Shown: positions 38,400 through 47,270 of the stretch, piece after piece
Numbering within the stretch: position 1 is the first letter of the stretch
Layout: each line of letters opens with the position of its first letter
Assembly: GCA_050302075.1 (NCBI GenBank)
Contig: JBNLAH010000005.1
Location: 128,001-192,000 of the forward strand
Direction of reading: 5' to 3'
From: Parachlamydiales bacterium
GTDB taxonomy: Bacteria; Chlamydiota; Chlamydiia; Chlamydiales; SM23-39
Length of the DNA: 64,000 nucleotides
Position numbers and translations under genes: made by a program
The notes under the pieces: model-generated
Seen by the model: only the letters and a program-made list of their open reading frames with translations
Told to the model about the DNA's origin: nothing
The model's database searches: none

Positions 38400-40229
38400 T
38401 TATTGGTTGTAATTGATTTTATATTTTAATCCTTCTTTTTCAAGAAGAATTGTATCTTTCATTATTTTAGTAATATCCATCCCGTCAATACTATCACCTA
38501 AAGTTAGGATCCTTCCATTTATGACAACACTAAAATTGTTGCCATCGTATTTTGCAAATCCGGTGACTTGATAATTGTCGGAGATATTAATTCTAGCTGC
38601 TTCAGCTGAAGATGCTATAGCTACATTTTGTACTGACCTAACACCTGGAATATCTTCCAAATTTTGAATAAGTTTTTCAAACTCAGAATTTTTCTTTTCG
38701 TCGAAAAATCCAGATAATAGTACAGCTCCATTAGTCTGTTCAAACCTTATACCATTAAAACCACTCGATTGCAATTTAGCTGAAATTTCTAAATTTAGTG
38801 TTTGGTCAACATACACTTTGTCATCTAGCATATCTAAATGGGGAAAATGAGTAGTTAAGAAATCTCCTAACTGGTCTTTTTGATCAAGTGTTTGAAGATA
38901 GCCTGATACTACAAATTTTCCGGCTTGTGTCGCATAAATATTAATTCCTTCCCATTCAGCATTTTCAGTTAGTATATCATTTACATTCTTCCAAATAAGT
39001 TCATCAATAATTAAATTGTCTTCGATACTCGTAATGAATTTAAGAGCATGTAAATTATATAAAAGCTCTTCTTTGTCAATTGATGTCAGAACATGCCCTG
39101 TTAGAAAGAGTCTTCCTGTGATAGGGTTGAAAGAAAACTGAACATCAGAATATTTAGATAAGGCACTTGCAATTTGACCTGATTGGTTAACTTTAGGGGC
39201 TTTAATCTGTTGTGTCTTAAATAAAGAAAAAAAACTAATGAAGACAATAAACATAATGAATATGAAGGCGCCTCCAGCAATTAAATACTTAGAGGGTATG
39301 ACCCTTTCTTTCCAGTTTACGGGGAGCTCTGCTGCTTCGGGCCTTTCTTCGAGTTCTGCTGGTTCCTCTTCTTCTTCTATATGGGCAAAAGAAGGGGAGT
39401 AAATGGTTTCTTGAGCTGCTTCTTTATCTAAAATAACAAATGTTGTTGTTCCACATGCTATTAAATCCTGAGGTGTGATCTGTTTTTTTTCTTCAATTGT
39501 AATTCCATTAACTCTTGTGCCATTTTTCGAGTGAAGATCTTCAATAAAAAAGGTTCCATCTTCTTGTGCGGTTAGTTTTGAGTGGTTCCTTGACACACTT
39601 AAATCTTGGAATACTATCTCGCAAGAGTTTGGATCTTTACCAATAACGTAGGATTTCCCTTTTTCGATGCCGATTTCAGCTCCGGCATTCGGGCCCGATA
39701 TAACTTTTAAAATCAAGGGAGTATCAGCTATTAGGTGAAAAGGAGCCTCTTCCTCGCTTTCCTCGAATATAGTGTCGTAAACACTAGGTGTTTCGTTTTC
39801 AATTGACGGCTTTTTCTTTACCTTTTCTTTTGGGGTTTCTTTTTCTTCTGCTGGCTCAGGTTCTTTTAAATCAGAAAAAATATCATCAAAATTATTTTCT
39901 TCAATGTCTTCTTCAAAAAAATCTTCATCTTCAGAAAATATAAAAGTTGTTTGCCCTATTAAAACTTTATCGCCATCTTTCAGTTGGATAGTACCGGTTA
40001 CTTCTTCGTCATTGATTGAAATTGGATTAGTTTGACTTAAGTTCTTTAGAAAAAACCCTTCATCAGAACGGGTAACTTCAGCATGTTTTCTAGATACAGT
40101 AGTATCTTCTAAAACTAGATCAGCTTGGTCAGGATCCCTGCCAATTGTCCATGTATTACCAGTATCAAAGTTTAAAACAAGACCTTTTAAAAGTCCTTCT
40201 TCTGCGGATAAATAAGCTGCCATACTCAA
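38400..40229 (-). CDS. cdsD: T3SS inner-membrane ring protein CdsD/SctD with two FHA domains
   Basis: FHA1 (IGRDP...VSRKHA...N), acidic linker, FHA2 (IGKDP...VSRNH...SKNGT), one TM segment and BON-like periplasmic domains. Confidence 0.92.
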   Translation of the reverse strand: MSMAAYLSAEEGLLKGLVLNFDTGNTWTIGRDPDQADLVLEDTTVSRKHAEVTRSDEGFFLKNLSQTNPISINDEEVTGTIQLKDGDKVLIGQTTFIFSEDEDFFEEDIEENNFDDIFSDLKEPEPAEEKETPKEKVKKKPSIENETPSVYDTIFEESEEEAPFHLIADTPLILKVISGPNAGAEIGIEKGKSYVIGKDPNSCEIVFQDLSVSRNHSKLTAQEDGTFFIEDLHSKNGTRVNGITIEEKKQITPQDLIACGTTTFVILDKEAAQETIYSPSFAHIEEEEEPAELEERPEAAELPVNWKERVIPSKYLIAGGAFIFIMFIVFISFFSLFKTQQIKAPKVNQSGQIASALSKYSDVQFSFNPITGRLFLTGHVLTSIDKEELLYNLHALKFITSIEDNLIIDELIWKNVNDILTENAEWEGINIYATQAGKFVVSGYLQTLDQKDQLGDFLTTHFPHLDMLDDKVYVDQTLNLEISAKLQSSGFNGIRFEQTNGAVLLSGFFDEKKNSEFEKLIQNLEDIPGVRSVQNVAIASSAEAARINISDNYQVTGFAKYDGNNFSVVINGRILTLGDSIDGMDITKIMKDTILLEKEGLKYKINYNQ

Positions 40230-40645
40230 AATAAACTTTTGTTAGCGGAAGAGAATTGCACAATCTCGTCTCGAATATAATATACGTAATTTATAAAATC
40301 TTCTAGTTTCTCTTTAAATAGGATGTAATTTAACTCATAGGGCATTAGTAAAGACAGTGTCAAGTTTTTCTCTTCTTCATCTAATCCGATAGCAGAGCCA
40401 CCAGTTTCCTGCCCAATGAAATTTGCACCCATTAAAAAAGTTAAAAGATCTTCTTTTTTCTCTTTAGGCATTTCATACAAATTACATCTTATAAAAGCAT
40501 GGTCATCCAACTCTATAATGTAAAGATTAATATTATCGAATATAGATAAATTATATTCTCTGTTTTCATTGATTGTAGGTTTAGGGTCGATTTCCAAGTC
40601 ATCGCACAATCGATGAATGAAGTCTTGTAGTTTAGCTTGTTCCAT
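40226..40645 (-). CDS. scc4: T3SS class I chaperone Scc4 (CT663, CesT family; start taken as ATG 40645)
   Basis: Acidic ~139-aa protein with ANFIGQETGGSAIGLD and FKEKLEDFINY motifs. GGGAG SD before 40645. First gene of the operon. Confidence 0.85.
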   Translation of the reverse strand: MEQAKLQDFIHRLCDDLEIDPKPTINENREYNLSIFDNINLYIIELDDHAFIRCNLYEMPKEKKEDLLTFLMGANFIGQETGGSAIGLDEEEKNLTLSLLMPYELNYILFKEKLEDFINYVYYIRDEIVQFSSANKSLF

Positions 40646-40872
40646 CTGACGCTCCCTTAACCAACTTATTATGAATGTATGGAACATTTTTATCTAGGAG
40701 GTTTTTAGTTTAGATTAAGTAGCTTAAAACATCGAAGCTAAAATCTTTATAGTATCCACAATATGTTTACACATAAGAATTTTAACATCTAGGTAGGTAT
40801 TAAAAATAGAGTTGGCTAACCTAAGGGTGAAAGAGGATATCAAGGCTAGCTAAAAGTATATCGGTATATATG

Positions 40873-40906
40873 AAAAAGCACTTTAGCGATTAGCTAAAGT
40901 GCTTTT
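40873..40906. terminator. Intrinsic terminator downstream of the 41.0-41.7 kb gene
   Basis: 14-bp stem AAAAGCACTTTAGC-gatta-GCTAAAGTGCTTTT with A/T tails on both sides. Confidence 0.8.
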
Positions 40907-40940
40907 AATTTAAGTGTTCTATAATTTAATTAAGCTGATT

Positions 40941-40988
40941 TTAAGTTTCTAATTTGAGTTGAGATATCTTTCTATTTTGTTTATGTTG
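40941..40988. repeat. Degenerate direct repeat of 41696-41748 (RBS and first codons of the adjacent gene)
   Basis: TTAAGTTTCTAATTTGAGTTG-----AGATATCTTtCtATTTTGTTTATGTT aligns with TTAAGTTTCTAATTTGAGTTGCCATAAGATATCTTCCCATTTTGTTTATGTT. Confidence 0.85.
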
Positions 40989-41000
40989 TCTAATTTATTG

Positions 41001-41720
41001 TTACGGAATCAAAATCAACATAGCTATTATAGCAAGCGCAAAAACTGGATTAATTCCGTTAATCAAACATACTGCAATGAGAGATAGTCCAATTAATATC
41101 GGTAAGACTTTTTTTGCTACGGATGCTGTTTTTAATAAAGCTTCTTTAAGCTTATTCAAAGAGGATTTATTTTCTACAGGAGCATTTTCAGAAGGCTCAG
41201 GCTCTTCAGTTATTTCTGGAGCGGGTAGAGCATTTTTTTCTGAAATTAAAGATCTACAAAATCCCAAAACAGCTAGTCCAGTCATAATCGAAACCGCTAA
41301 TCCAGCAGGTTCCCCAGCTGTTGAACTGTGAGCAAAGAGAGCCGCGCTTACAGCACTAATTAAAGTGGCGCTAACATTTAGAGATTTTTCAATAGATACA
41401 TGCTTGTCTAATTTTTCAATTAGAGGAGCTTTATCTTTTAAGAAGGTAACTGCTTTATTGTCTTTGTTTGAGAAAAGAGCTATGCAGGGTAATGCAATTC
41501 CAGCTATTTTTACGATATTCGGTAAAGCTTCATATGTTAGTAGCAAAGATGTTTGGTTCGTTCCAATTATTTCTGAGGTATTTAGCAGAGACCCAGCATA
41601 CGCTGATAACTGCTCGAACGCTCGGTGTATTCCAGTCATTTCTACGATATTTGACAAAGATTTATATGTTGGTAATGCCTCGTATGCTTGATGCATTAAG
41701 TTTCTAATTTGAGTTGCCAT
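41001..41720 (-). CDS. Hypothetical membrane protein with hairpin hydrophobic segments (Inc-like effector candidate); start taken as ATG 41720
   Basis: Two bilobed hydrophobic regions (VSATLISAVSAALFA...GLAVSIMTGLAVLGFC and VLPILIGLSLIAVCLINGINPVFALAIIAMLILIP), no Sec signal, and a GGGAAG SD-like sequence upstream. Confidence 0.62.
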   Translation of the reverse strand: MATQIRNLMHQAYEALPTYKSLSNIVEMTGIHRAFEQLSAYAGSLLNTSEIIGTNQTSLLLTYEALPNIVKIAGIALPCIALFSNKDNKAVTFLKDKAPLIEKLDKHVSIEKSLNVSATLISAVSAALFAHSSTAGEPAGLAVSIMTGLAVLGFCRSLISEKNALPAPEITEEPEPSENAPVENKSSLNKLKEALLKTASVAKKVLPILIGLSLIAVCLINGINPVFALAIIAMLILIP

Positions 41721-41905
41721 AAGATATCTTCCCATTTTGTTTATGTTTGTTAAATATTATATTAAATTTTTTAATTTAAAATCTATTTAATTGTAATTTA
41801 AAAGAGTTAAAATTAATGTCTAATGTTAAACAACTGAATATTAAGTGTTTAAAATTGTTTAATATTATAAGATAATACTGAGTTAATATATTTAACGCGA
41901 TTAAC

Positions 41906-41934
41906 TTGACAAATTAATTAATTTGTTATATAAT
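41906..41934 (+). promoter_or_regulatory. Consensus sigma66/sigma70 promoter with overlapping 18-bp palindrome
   Basis: TTGACA (41906-41911), 17-nt spacer, TATAAT (41929-41934). The perfect palindrome ACAAATTAATTAATTTGT spans 41909-41926. Confidence 0.8.
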
Positions 41935-42193
41935 TAATAGAGTAAGGTGAAGTATACATACTTAAAATAACAAACCTTAACTCAATTCAATCTAGTATTA
42001 GCAATTAAAAGCTAATAACCACCCTATAATAAGGGATTTAAATCAAGAACAGCACAATACATAAGTAACTGACAGTCAGCTACTATCGAATTATTCAAAT
42101 AAAATTTTTAGTTGCGCGATAAGTATTTAAGCGCAAGAGAGTTAATAATAAATCAGGTCTTTTTTTAGACCTAATAAATAAGGGAGATAATAA

Positions 42194-42586
42194 ATGGGTA
42201 AAAGAGAAGAAAAAATAGTTAATTTTTTCTCAGGACTTTTAACAAATGTTGAGGAAATTAACTTTGACGAGGTTGTTAAGGAGTCTTTGGCTCTTTTCGA
42301 AGAGATCACTCATGTTATGAAAAACGGAACTAAAGAAGAAAAAGATGAGATTGCTAATGCCATGGAATTAGTAAATAAGCGGGTAACTGAGCAGTTTAAT
42401 ACTTTATGTGAAGAGCTAGGATTATCGAAAGAGGAAGTTAGTAAGTTGATAAGTGATCAGAGTAACTTCTCGCCAGAGATATGGTCAGTAATGCAAAACT
42501 TGCAAGATGGACTAAAAGCGGTAGAAGTTAAAGAAGATAAACCAAAAAAAGCTAAGCGTAAACAAGCCCAGTGGGTTTCAGCTTAA
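42194..42586 (+). CDS. CT635-like putative T3S effector chaperone
   Basis: GLSKEEVSKLISDQSNFSPEIW and the basic tail KKAKRKQAQWVSA resemble the NFSPEEW motif and K-rich/Trp tail I recall for C. trachomatis CT635. AGGGAG SD. Confidence 0.65.
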   Translation: MGKREEKIVNFFSGLLTNVEEINFDEVVKESLALFEEITHVMKNGTKEEKDEIANAMELVNKRVTEQFNTLCEELGLSKEEVSKLISDQSNFSPEIWSVMQNLQDGLKAVEVKEDKPKKAKRKQAQWVSA

Positions 42587-42610
42587 AAAATAAAGGGAGA
42601 TTAATAGTAT

Positions 42611-43744
42611 ATGGTAAATTTAATAGAAGAAATAAGAAGTGAAGTTATTAGCCACTACAATAGTGGTGAAAAAAGCACTCAGCTTCCATTAGATCGTTTA
42701 GCTTTGTTGGCAAATTTAAAAGAAATCAATATTGCTAAGATGCAATATCAACTAGATAACGAAGCTGCTAAAGGAAAGCAAGAAAACTATGTAGGTTATT
42801 ATAAAACCCAAAATGGAAATTCTGAGCTAGTTTTTAACCCTGAAATTCTGAGAGCTAACTTAAAGCAAATCAATGTTGCAGAAATACGCAAAGACTTGGA
42901 AAAGCCTAATTTAGAGATAGAAAAGCCATCTAAAGAGATTTCGAGTGGGGTGCCGAGTTGGGTAGAAATGCAAAAGTCAATTTTAATGGGTCAGCTTCAA
43001 GAGCTTTTACATGAGATTGAGGCAATGCAACAAGCTGGTGGAGAATATCCAATTGCCTACATCATCAATGTATCGATGTCAATATTATCGACTCTTTCAA
43101 CTCAGATGCAAGAGTTGACGGCAAAGCCACTAGAGCATTTCCAAGAGATCTCTAAAAAGCAAGCTATTGTGCAAGAGAAGATAGAGGGGCTTAAGCGAAA
43201 ACTCCTATCAAATCCTAGTGCTCCATTAGATAAAGAAGATTTGAAAGGGTTAAAAGATGCTCTTGATGAACTTGATCAAGCGATAGCTAAATTAGAAGAG
43301 GCTTATACATTCGAGGATAATGATGGTAATAAAGTAGTTATCTGGCCAAGCGATGAAGTAAGAGATATCTATGAGAAAGCGAAAGCTAACGTAAATATGA
43401 TGCAAGGGGAAAAAATCCCTGGATTAGATGGAAAGACTCTTAAAGATCTTGATTTAGAAAATCCTAATGAACTGGAAAAAGGATTGAAAGCTCTTAGAGA
43501 CTGGACTCAAGGATCTATCAGAGACAAACCTGAGGGAGCTTTTGTTGAGTGGGATAATGGTAAAGGTGGAGCTCAAGGTAACTCTGTCATGAAGATTATC
43601 TTAGATACTGAGGTAAGTACTTACACAGATAGGTTAAACAGAGATGCTCAGCTTATCTCTAGTGCTCAATCAATGGGTCAGAAGCAGGTAGAAAATGCTC
43701 AGTCATTGTTGAGAGGAATAGTTGGAAACTTTATTTCTAGATAA
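42611..43744 (+). CDS. Hypothetical helical protein; candidate T3S filament/tip-like substrate
   Basis: Coiled coils and an amphipathic C-terminal helix (LDTEVSTYTDRLNRDAQLISSAQSMGQKQVENAQSLLRGIVGNF). AGGGAG SD. The ORF is solid; the function is inferred. Confidence 0.55.
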   Translation: MVNLIEEIRSEVISHYNSGEKSTQLPLDRLALLANLKEINIAKMQYQLDNEAAKGKQENYVGYYKTQNGNSELVFNPEILRANLKQINVAEIRKDLEKPNLEIEKPSKEISSGVPSWVEMQKSILMGQLQELLHEIEAMQQAGGEYPIAYIINVSMSILSTLSTQMQELTAKPLEHFQEISKKQAIVQEKIEGLKRKLLSNPSAPLDKEDLKGLKDALDELDQAIAKLEEAYTFEDNDGNKVVIWPSDEVRDIYEKAKANVNMMQGEKIPGLDGKTLKDLDLENPNELEKGLKALRDWTQGSIRDKPEGAFVEWDNGKGGAQGNSVMKIILDTEVSTYTDRLNRDAQLISSAQSMGQKQVENAQSLLRGIVGNFISR

Positions 43745-43754
43745 TAGGAGACAT

Positions 43755-44522
43755 ATGGAAGTGAAAATTTCAGGAATTACAAAACATGTCGGCTTACCTT
43801 TTGTAGGTGAGCCGGTTGAAAAGCAGTCAGTTAATTATTTATTAATACTGATGCTTTTACAGTCAAAAACTGCTGATTTTGCAGCTCAAAATCAAGAAGC
43901 TGCAGCAAAGAAGAGAAGATCTGCAGCATTTGTACAAGCTTTAAATGAAGAGTTAAAGAAAAAGGGAAATTTTTCTTTAGATACATCAGAGAATCTTAGT
44001 GCATTTATGAAGCAGATAAATGAGCAGTTTGGAGAAAGTAAGTTAGGTTATAGCGAAGCTTTGATGCTAACTCATATGAATGAAATGTTTTCAAAATTAG
44101 AAGCGTTAAAATCAAATATGGAAAAAGTTCAAAAAGAAATAAAGGAACTTAGAGGGCAATTAGATCAGTTGAAGTTAGAGAGAACTCATAATCAAAGAGA
44201 GTTAGATAGCTATACATCTAAATATAAAAAAGGTGGCTTTATAGCTCCTGGTTACAATGCATATTTGATGGCAAAGATTCTAGAATATAAAGGGAAAAGA
44301 GACAGTTCAGTTAATGCTATAGTATTGAAAAATGCTGAAATTGAAATGGTCAAAAAACCAGAACTTAATGCGATAAAAGCAGATATTCAAAGGATCCAAA
44401 AAGGATTTATGGGAAACAAGGAATCTGACACGGCTAAGATGATGACAAGTGCAAACAACGAACTAGCTCAGTTTGAAGCATTGTTAAATGCAGCAATGAG
44501 CTCAAGTACCTTTTTAAAATAA
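43755..44522 (+). CDS. Hypothetical coiled-coil protein, candidate T3S substrate (start taken as ATG 43755)
   Basis: AGGAG SD before 43755; short hydrophobic helix YLLILMLL followed by a long heptad region. Confidence 0.55.
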   Translation: MEVKISGITKHVGLPFVGEPVEKQSVNYLLILMLLQSKTADFAAQNQEAAAKKRRSAAFVQALNEELKKKGNFSLDTSENLSAFMKQINEQFGESKLGYSEALMLTHMNEMFSKLEALKSNMEKVQKEIKELRGQLDQLKLERTHNQRELDSYTSKYKKGGFIAPGYNAYLMAKILEYKGKRDSSVNAIVLKNAEIEMVKKPELNAIKADIQRIQKGFMGNKESDTAKMMTSANNELAQFEALLNAAMSSSTFLK

Positions 44523-44534
44523 TAGGAGATAAAA

Positions 44535-45071
44535 ATGACAGAAATATTATCAATTAGGTCTTTGAGCCCATATCAGGAAATCAAACCTGAGATAGAAAAA
44601 GAAGAGACGAAAAGAAGCATCTTATTTCTTCTTATGGTTTTGATTGGATTGAATGGATCAGACCTCTTAGAGCAAGAAGTTAAGAGCTCTGCTAATAAAA
44701 TAGATGTTTTAAGAAGTAAATTAGAAAGTAAACAACAACTGGTCGATAAGCTTAATAATCGTTTGAATGAGATCAGTGACCTTTATGACAAATTGCTTGA
44801 AACAGGCAAAAAACTAGAAGACTTAACAGAGTCTGAGCAGCATGCCTATTTTGTAAAAAGTAGACAGCTACAAAGTATGGTAGAAGCAGCTCAGTTGGAT
44901 GTTAAGCTTCAGATGAAAAATGTAAATGCGAACATGCAAGAGATTGTCAAGAGTGCAAAAACAGACGTTGAGCCGTTGAAGCAAATAGTAGAAGCTTATC
45001 AAAGCATGGCTTTAGGATTTTCTGAATTAATCCAAAAGTCAGTTGGAAATAATATTAATTTTAGAAGATAG
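44535..45071 (+). CDS. Hypothetical coiled-coil protein, candidate T3S substrate
   Basis: AGGAG SD; ILFLLMVLIGL helix followed by a coiled-coil hairpin. Confidence 0.55.
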   Translation: MTEILSIRSLSPYQEIKPEIEKEETKRSILFLLMVLIGLNGSDLLEQEVKSSANKIDVLRSKLESKQQLVDKLNNRLNEISDLYDKLLETGKKLEDLTESEQHAYFVKSRQLQSMVEAAQLDVKLQMKNVNANMQEIVKSAKTDVEPLKQIVEAYQSMALGFSELIQKSVGNNINFRR

Positions 45072-45082
45072 GGGAGGTAAAA

Positions 45083-45736
45083 ATGGCAACACTACAAATC
45101 CCAAGAAATGTAGATTCAAAAAATATATTTTTGTTGATTCAAGAGCTTCTCTCGAATCAAAAAACAAATGCTAAAAAATATGGTCAGGTTTTAGCTCTTT
45201 CTATTGTAGACAGGTTAAAAAAACAGTACGAAAAGAATTTAGATGAGTGGGCTGAAAAATCAGCTGAGCTTAAAGCAAAACTTTCTGAAGAATACACTGA
45301 AATGAAAGAGTCTTTAAATGCTAAAGCTGGTTGGTTTTTAGGTGGCCTTGTGGTTGCTGGTGCGATATTTGGAGTTCTAGCAGGACCTGTAATAGGGATT
45401 GTAGGCGGGACGGCAGCTCTTCTTGGAGGTTTTGGAGGTGCTGCATTAGCTGGTGGTGGTATCTTAGGCGACTACTTGAGCTCTAAAAGTAAGTCATTTT
45501 TTGATTCAAAGGAAAAAATTGATCCGTTGAAGATGAAAGAAAAAGAGCTTCAGATAATGCCAATTTCTGATGAAGCGCAGGCAATTCAGGTTAGAGCTAA
45601 TATGAAGCAAGGTGAAATTTCTAGGAAAACACAGGCGATAGAAGCTGATCATCAGTTAGTAACAGCAGCATCCAATATGATTGCTTCTTTATTAAAGATT
45701 TTCGGTAGAACATCTGACATGATGGGAAGAGGTTAA
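45083..45736 (+). CDS. Hypothetical protein with Gly-rich bilobed hydrophobic domain; translocator-like or Inc-like
   Basis: GGGGAGG SD; ~45-aa hydrophobic stretch GWFLGGLVVAGAIFGVLAGPVIGIVGGTAALLGGFGGAALAGGGILG flanked by coiled coils. Confidence 0.6.
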   Translation: MATLQIPRNVDSKNIFLLIQELLSNQKTNAKKYGQVLALSIVDRLKKQYEKNLDEWAEKSAELKAKLSEEYTEMKESLNAKAGWFLGGLVVAGAIFGVLAGPVIGIVGGTAALLGGFGGAALAGGGILGDYLSSKSKSFFDSKEKIDPLKMKEKELQIMPISDEAQAIQVRANMKQGEISRKTQAIEADHQLVTAASNMIASLLKIFGRTSDMMGRG

Positions 45737-45737
45737 T

Positions 45738-46364
45738 ATGGCAGTACAAGCAGTTAATATAAACAGTTTTTCGAAGCCAATATCAGAGGAGCTTAAAGGG
45801 CCTTGGGCTATTTTGGGTCTACTGTCTATGGTCAGGGACACTATAAATAAAGGACAGCAAAAAATAGCTGAGTCAACTCAAAAACTCATAGAGAACGGTA
45901 GCAAGATTCAGGATAAGCGTTCTAAAGAGTTAAATCAAGTGACCAAGCTAGGCTTAGAAGCTTTGAAAGAAGAGGCAAAAGCAAAGTTAGTTAAAGATAT
46001 TGGTTTAGGCATAATCGTAGCAACTATAGTTGGGGGACCGATTATTGCAGCTATCTCTGCCGGCAGTACTTCAATATTTGCAGCTGCAAGCCAATTTATT
46101 ACGCCGTTATTAGTAGTTACAAGCGGAGGCTTGGAAATAAGTGCTTTGGAAATGAGTTTAAAGACAGCAGACAAGCAGTTAAAAATTGCCGAAATTGATA
46201 AGCATAACAATATTGATGCAGGGCTTGCTAAATCAAATAATGATGCAGTTTCTTTAGCTGGAAAAACAGTAAGAGATTCTGGTGACGCCGGAGTAAAATT
46301 GCAAAAGGCGATTACAGAAGTTATTAATTCTACTGGATCTGCTTTGCAGAAATCCATTAGGTAA
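45738..46364 (+). CDS. Hypothetical protein with bilobed hydrophobic domain; translocator-like
   Basis: Hydrophobic stretch IGLGIIVATIVGGPIIAAISAGSTSIFAAASQFITPLLVVTSGGL flanked by coiled coils. Starts 1 nt after the previous stop. Confidence 0.6.
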   Translation: MAVQAVNINSFSKPISEELKGPWAILGLLSMVRDTINKGQQKIAESTQKLIENGSKIQDKRSKELNQVTKLGLEALKEEAKAKLVKDIGLGIIVATIVGGPIIAAISAGSTSIFAAASQFITPLLVVTSGGLEISALEMSLKTADKQLKIAEIDKHNNIDAGLAKSNNDAVSLAGKTVRDSGDAGVKLQKAITEVINSTGSALQKSIR

Positions 46365-46378
46365 GGGAGGTATAAAAT

Positions 46379-47254
46379 ATGTCAGTACAAACAGTTAATC
46401 CTAATTTTAACGAAGCTGTCATGAAAGATGACCAACAAAGGCAAGTGGCTGAAAAAAAGGCCATTGTGACAGTGGGTGAAGTCATTGGAATGATTATGGC
46501 CGTAATGGGCGCTATTATTGATGCTATACAAAAGGCAGGAGCGGTTGCTATAGCTTATTTTGAAGCTAGCATAGATGCAATGTTGAAGTCAGCTGGGTTT
46601 AAAGAAAAATCAGCTAAAGATCAAGCTATGGGTACTATAATGGCAGCAGCTATTGGAATAGCGATAACCGGAGTTGGTATGGGATTAAGTATTGCATCAA
46701 TGGGAAAAAACATTAGTAATGCCAATGAGATGAAAAAAATCCAAAGTGCTCCAATTACAGAACCACAAAGAAATATTGGACAAGGTTTAAATGGTAGAAG
46801 AGCAAACGAACAAGAAATTGCTCAAAGAAATCAATTAGCAGAGAATGGTGGGGTTAAAATTGAAATTGAAAGAAATGGTGTCCATCCTAATGCTAATCAA
46901 AATAAAGTTCCACATGGAAGGAGCGATGACGCTACTTCGTACGCATCGGAAGCAGAAAGGGAAAGAGCTATGAGAATCCAGGAAGAACTTAACAAGAATA
47001 ATAAATTAGCGCAGCTAGCAAGTGCTGTTAACAACCAAACTTTACCTATAGGGTCTGTTGCAGACGCTTCTAAAAGAGAAGACGCTGCGAGAGCTCAGCA
47101 TGCAAGTGAAGTAGAAAACACAGTTACTGAAGCTGTTAGAACTTTACAAAATGAGAATACTAACTTCTACGGTGCTTTAAGTGGACAAATTGACAAGCTG
47201 GGTATCGTAAGTGTTGTTACTCAAGCAATTATTGCATCTTCTCAATGGAGATAA
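46379..47254 (+). CDS. Hypothetical protein resembling the minor translocator class (SctB: CopD/YopD/SseD-like)
   Basis: AGGGAGG SD; early hydrophobic helix VIGMIMAVMGAII, one TM-like segment (AAAIGIAITGVGMGLSIAS) and an amphipathic C-terminus. Confidence 0.55.
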   Translation: MSVQTVNPNFNEAVMKDDQQRQVAEKKAIVTVGEVIGMIMAVMGAIIDAIQKAGAVAIAYFEASIDAMLKSAGFKEKSAKDQAMGTIMAAAIGIAITGVGMGLSIASMGKNISNANEMKKIQSAPITEPQRNIGQGLNGRRANEQEIAQRNQLAENGGVKIEIERNGVHPNANQNKVPHGRSDDATSYASEAERERAMRIQEELNKNNKLAQLASAVNNQTLPIGSVADASKREDAARAQHASEVENTVTEAVRTLQNENTNFYGALSGQIDKLGIVSVVTQAIIASSQWR

Positions 47255-47270
47255 TGTTAATCTCTCTTAT

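Noticed and set aside
26910..40645. The T3SS operon itself as a novel system, or as flagellar/T2SS genes
   Set aside because: Gene order and motifs match the well-known chlamydial CT663-CT674 cluster. Only the secretin expansion and the kinase state are unusual.
40688..42193. CRISPR array or IS ends in the long AT-rich intergenic regions
   Set aside because: There are no regularly spaced repeats, no cas or transposase genes, and no terminal inverted repeats. Only one two-copy direct repeat and isolated hairpins are present.
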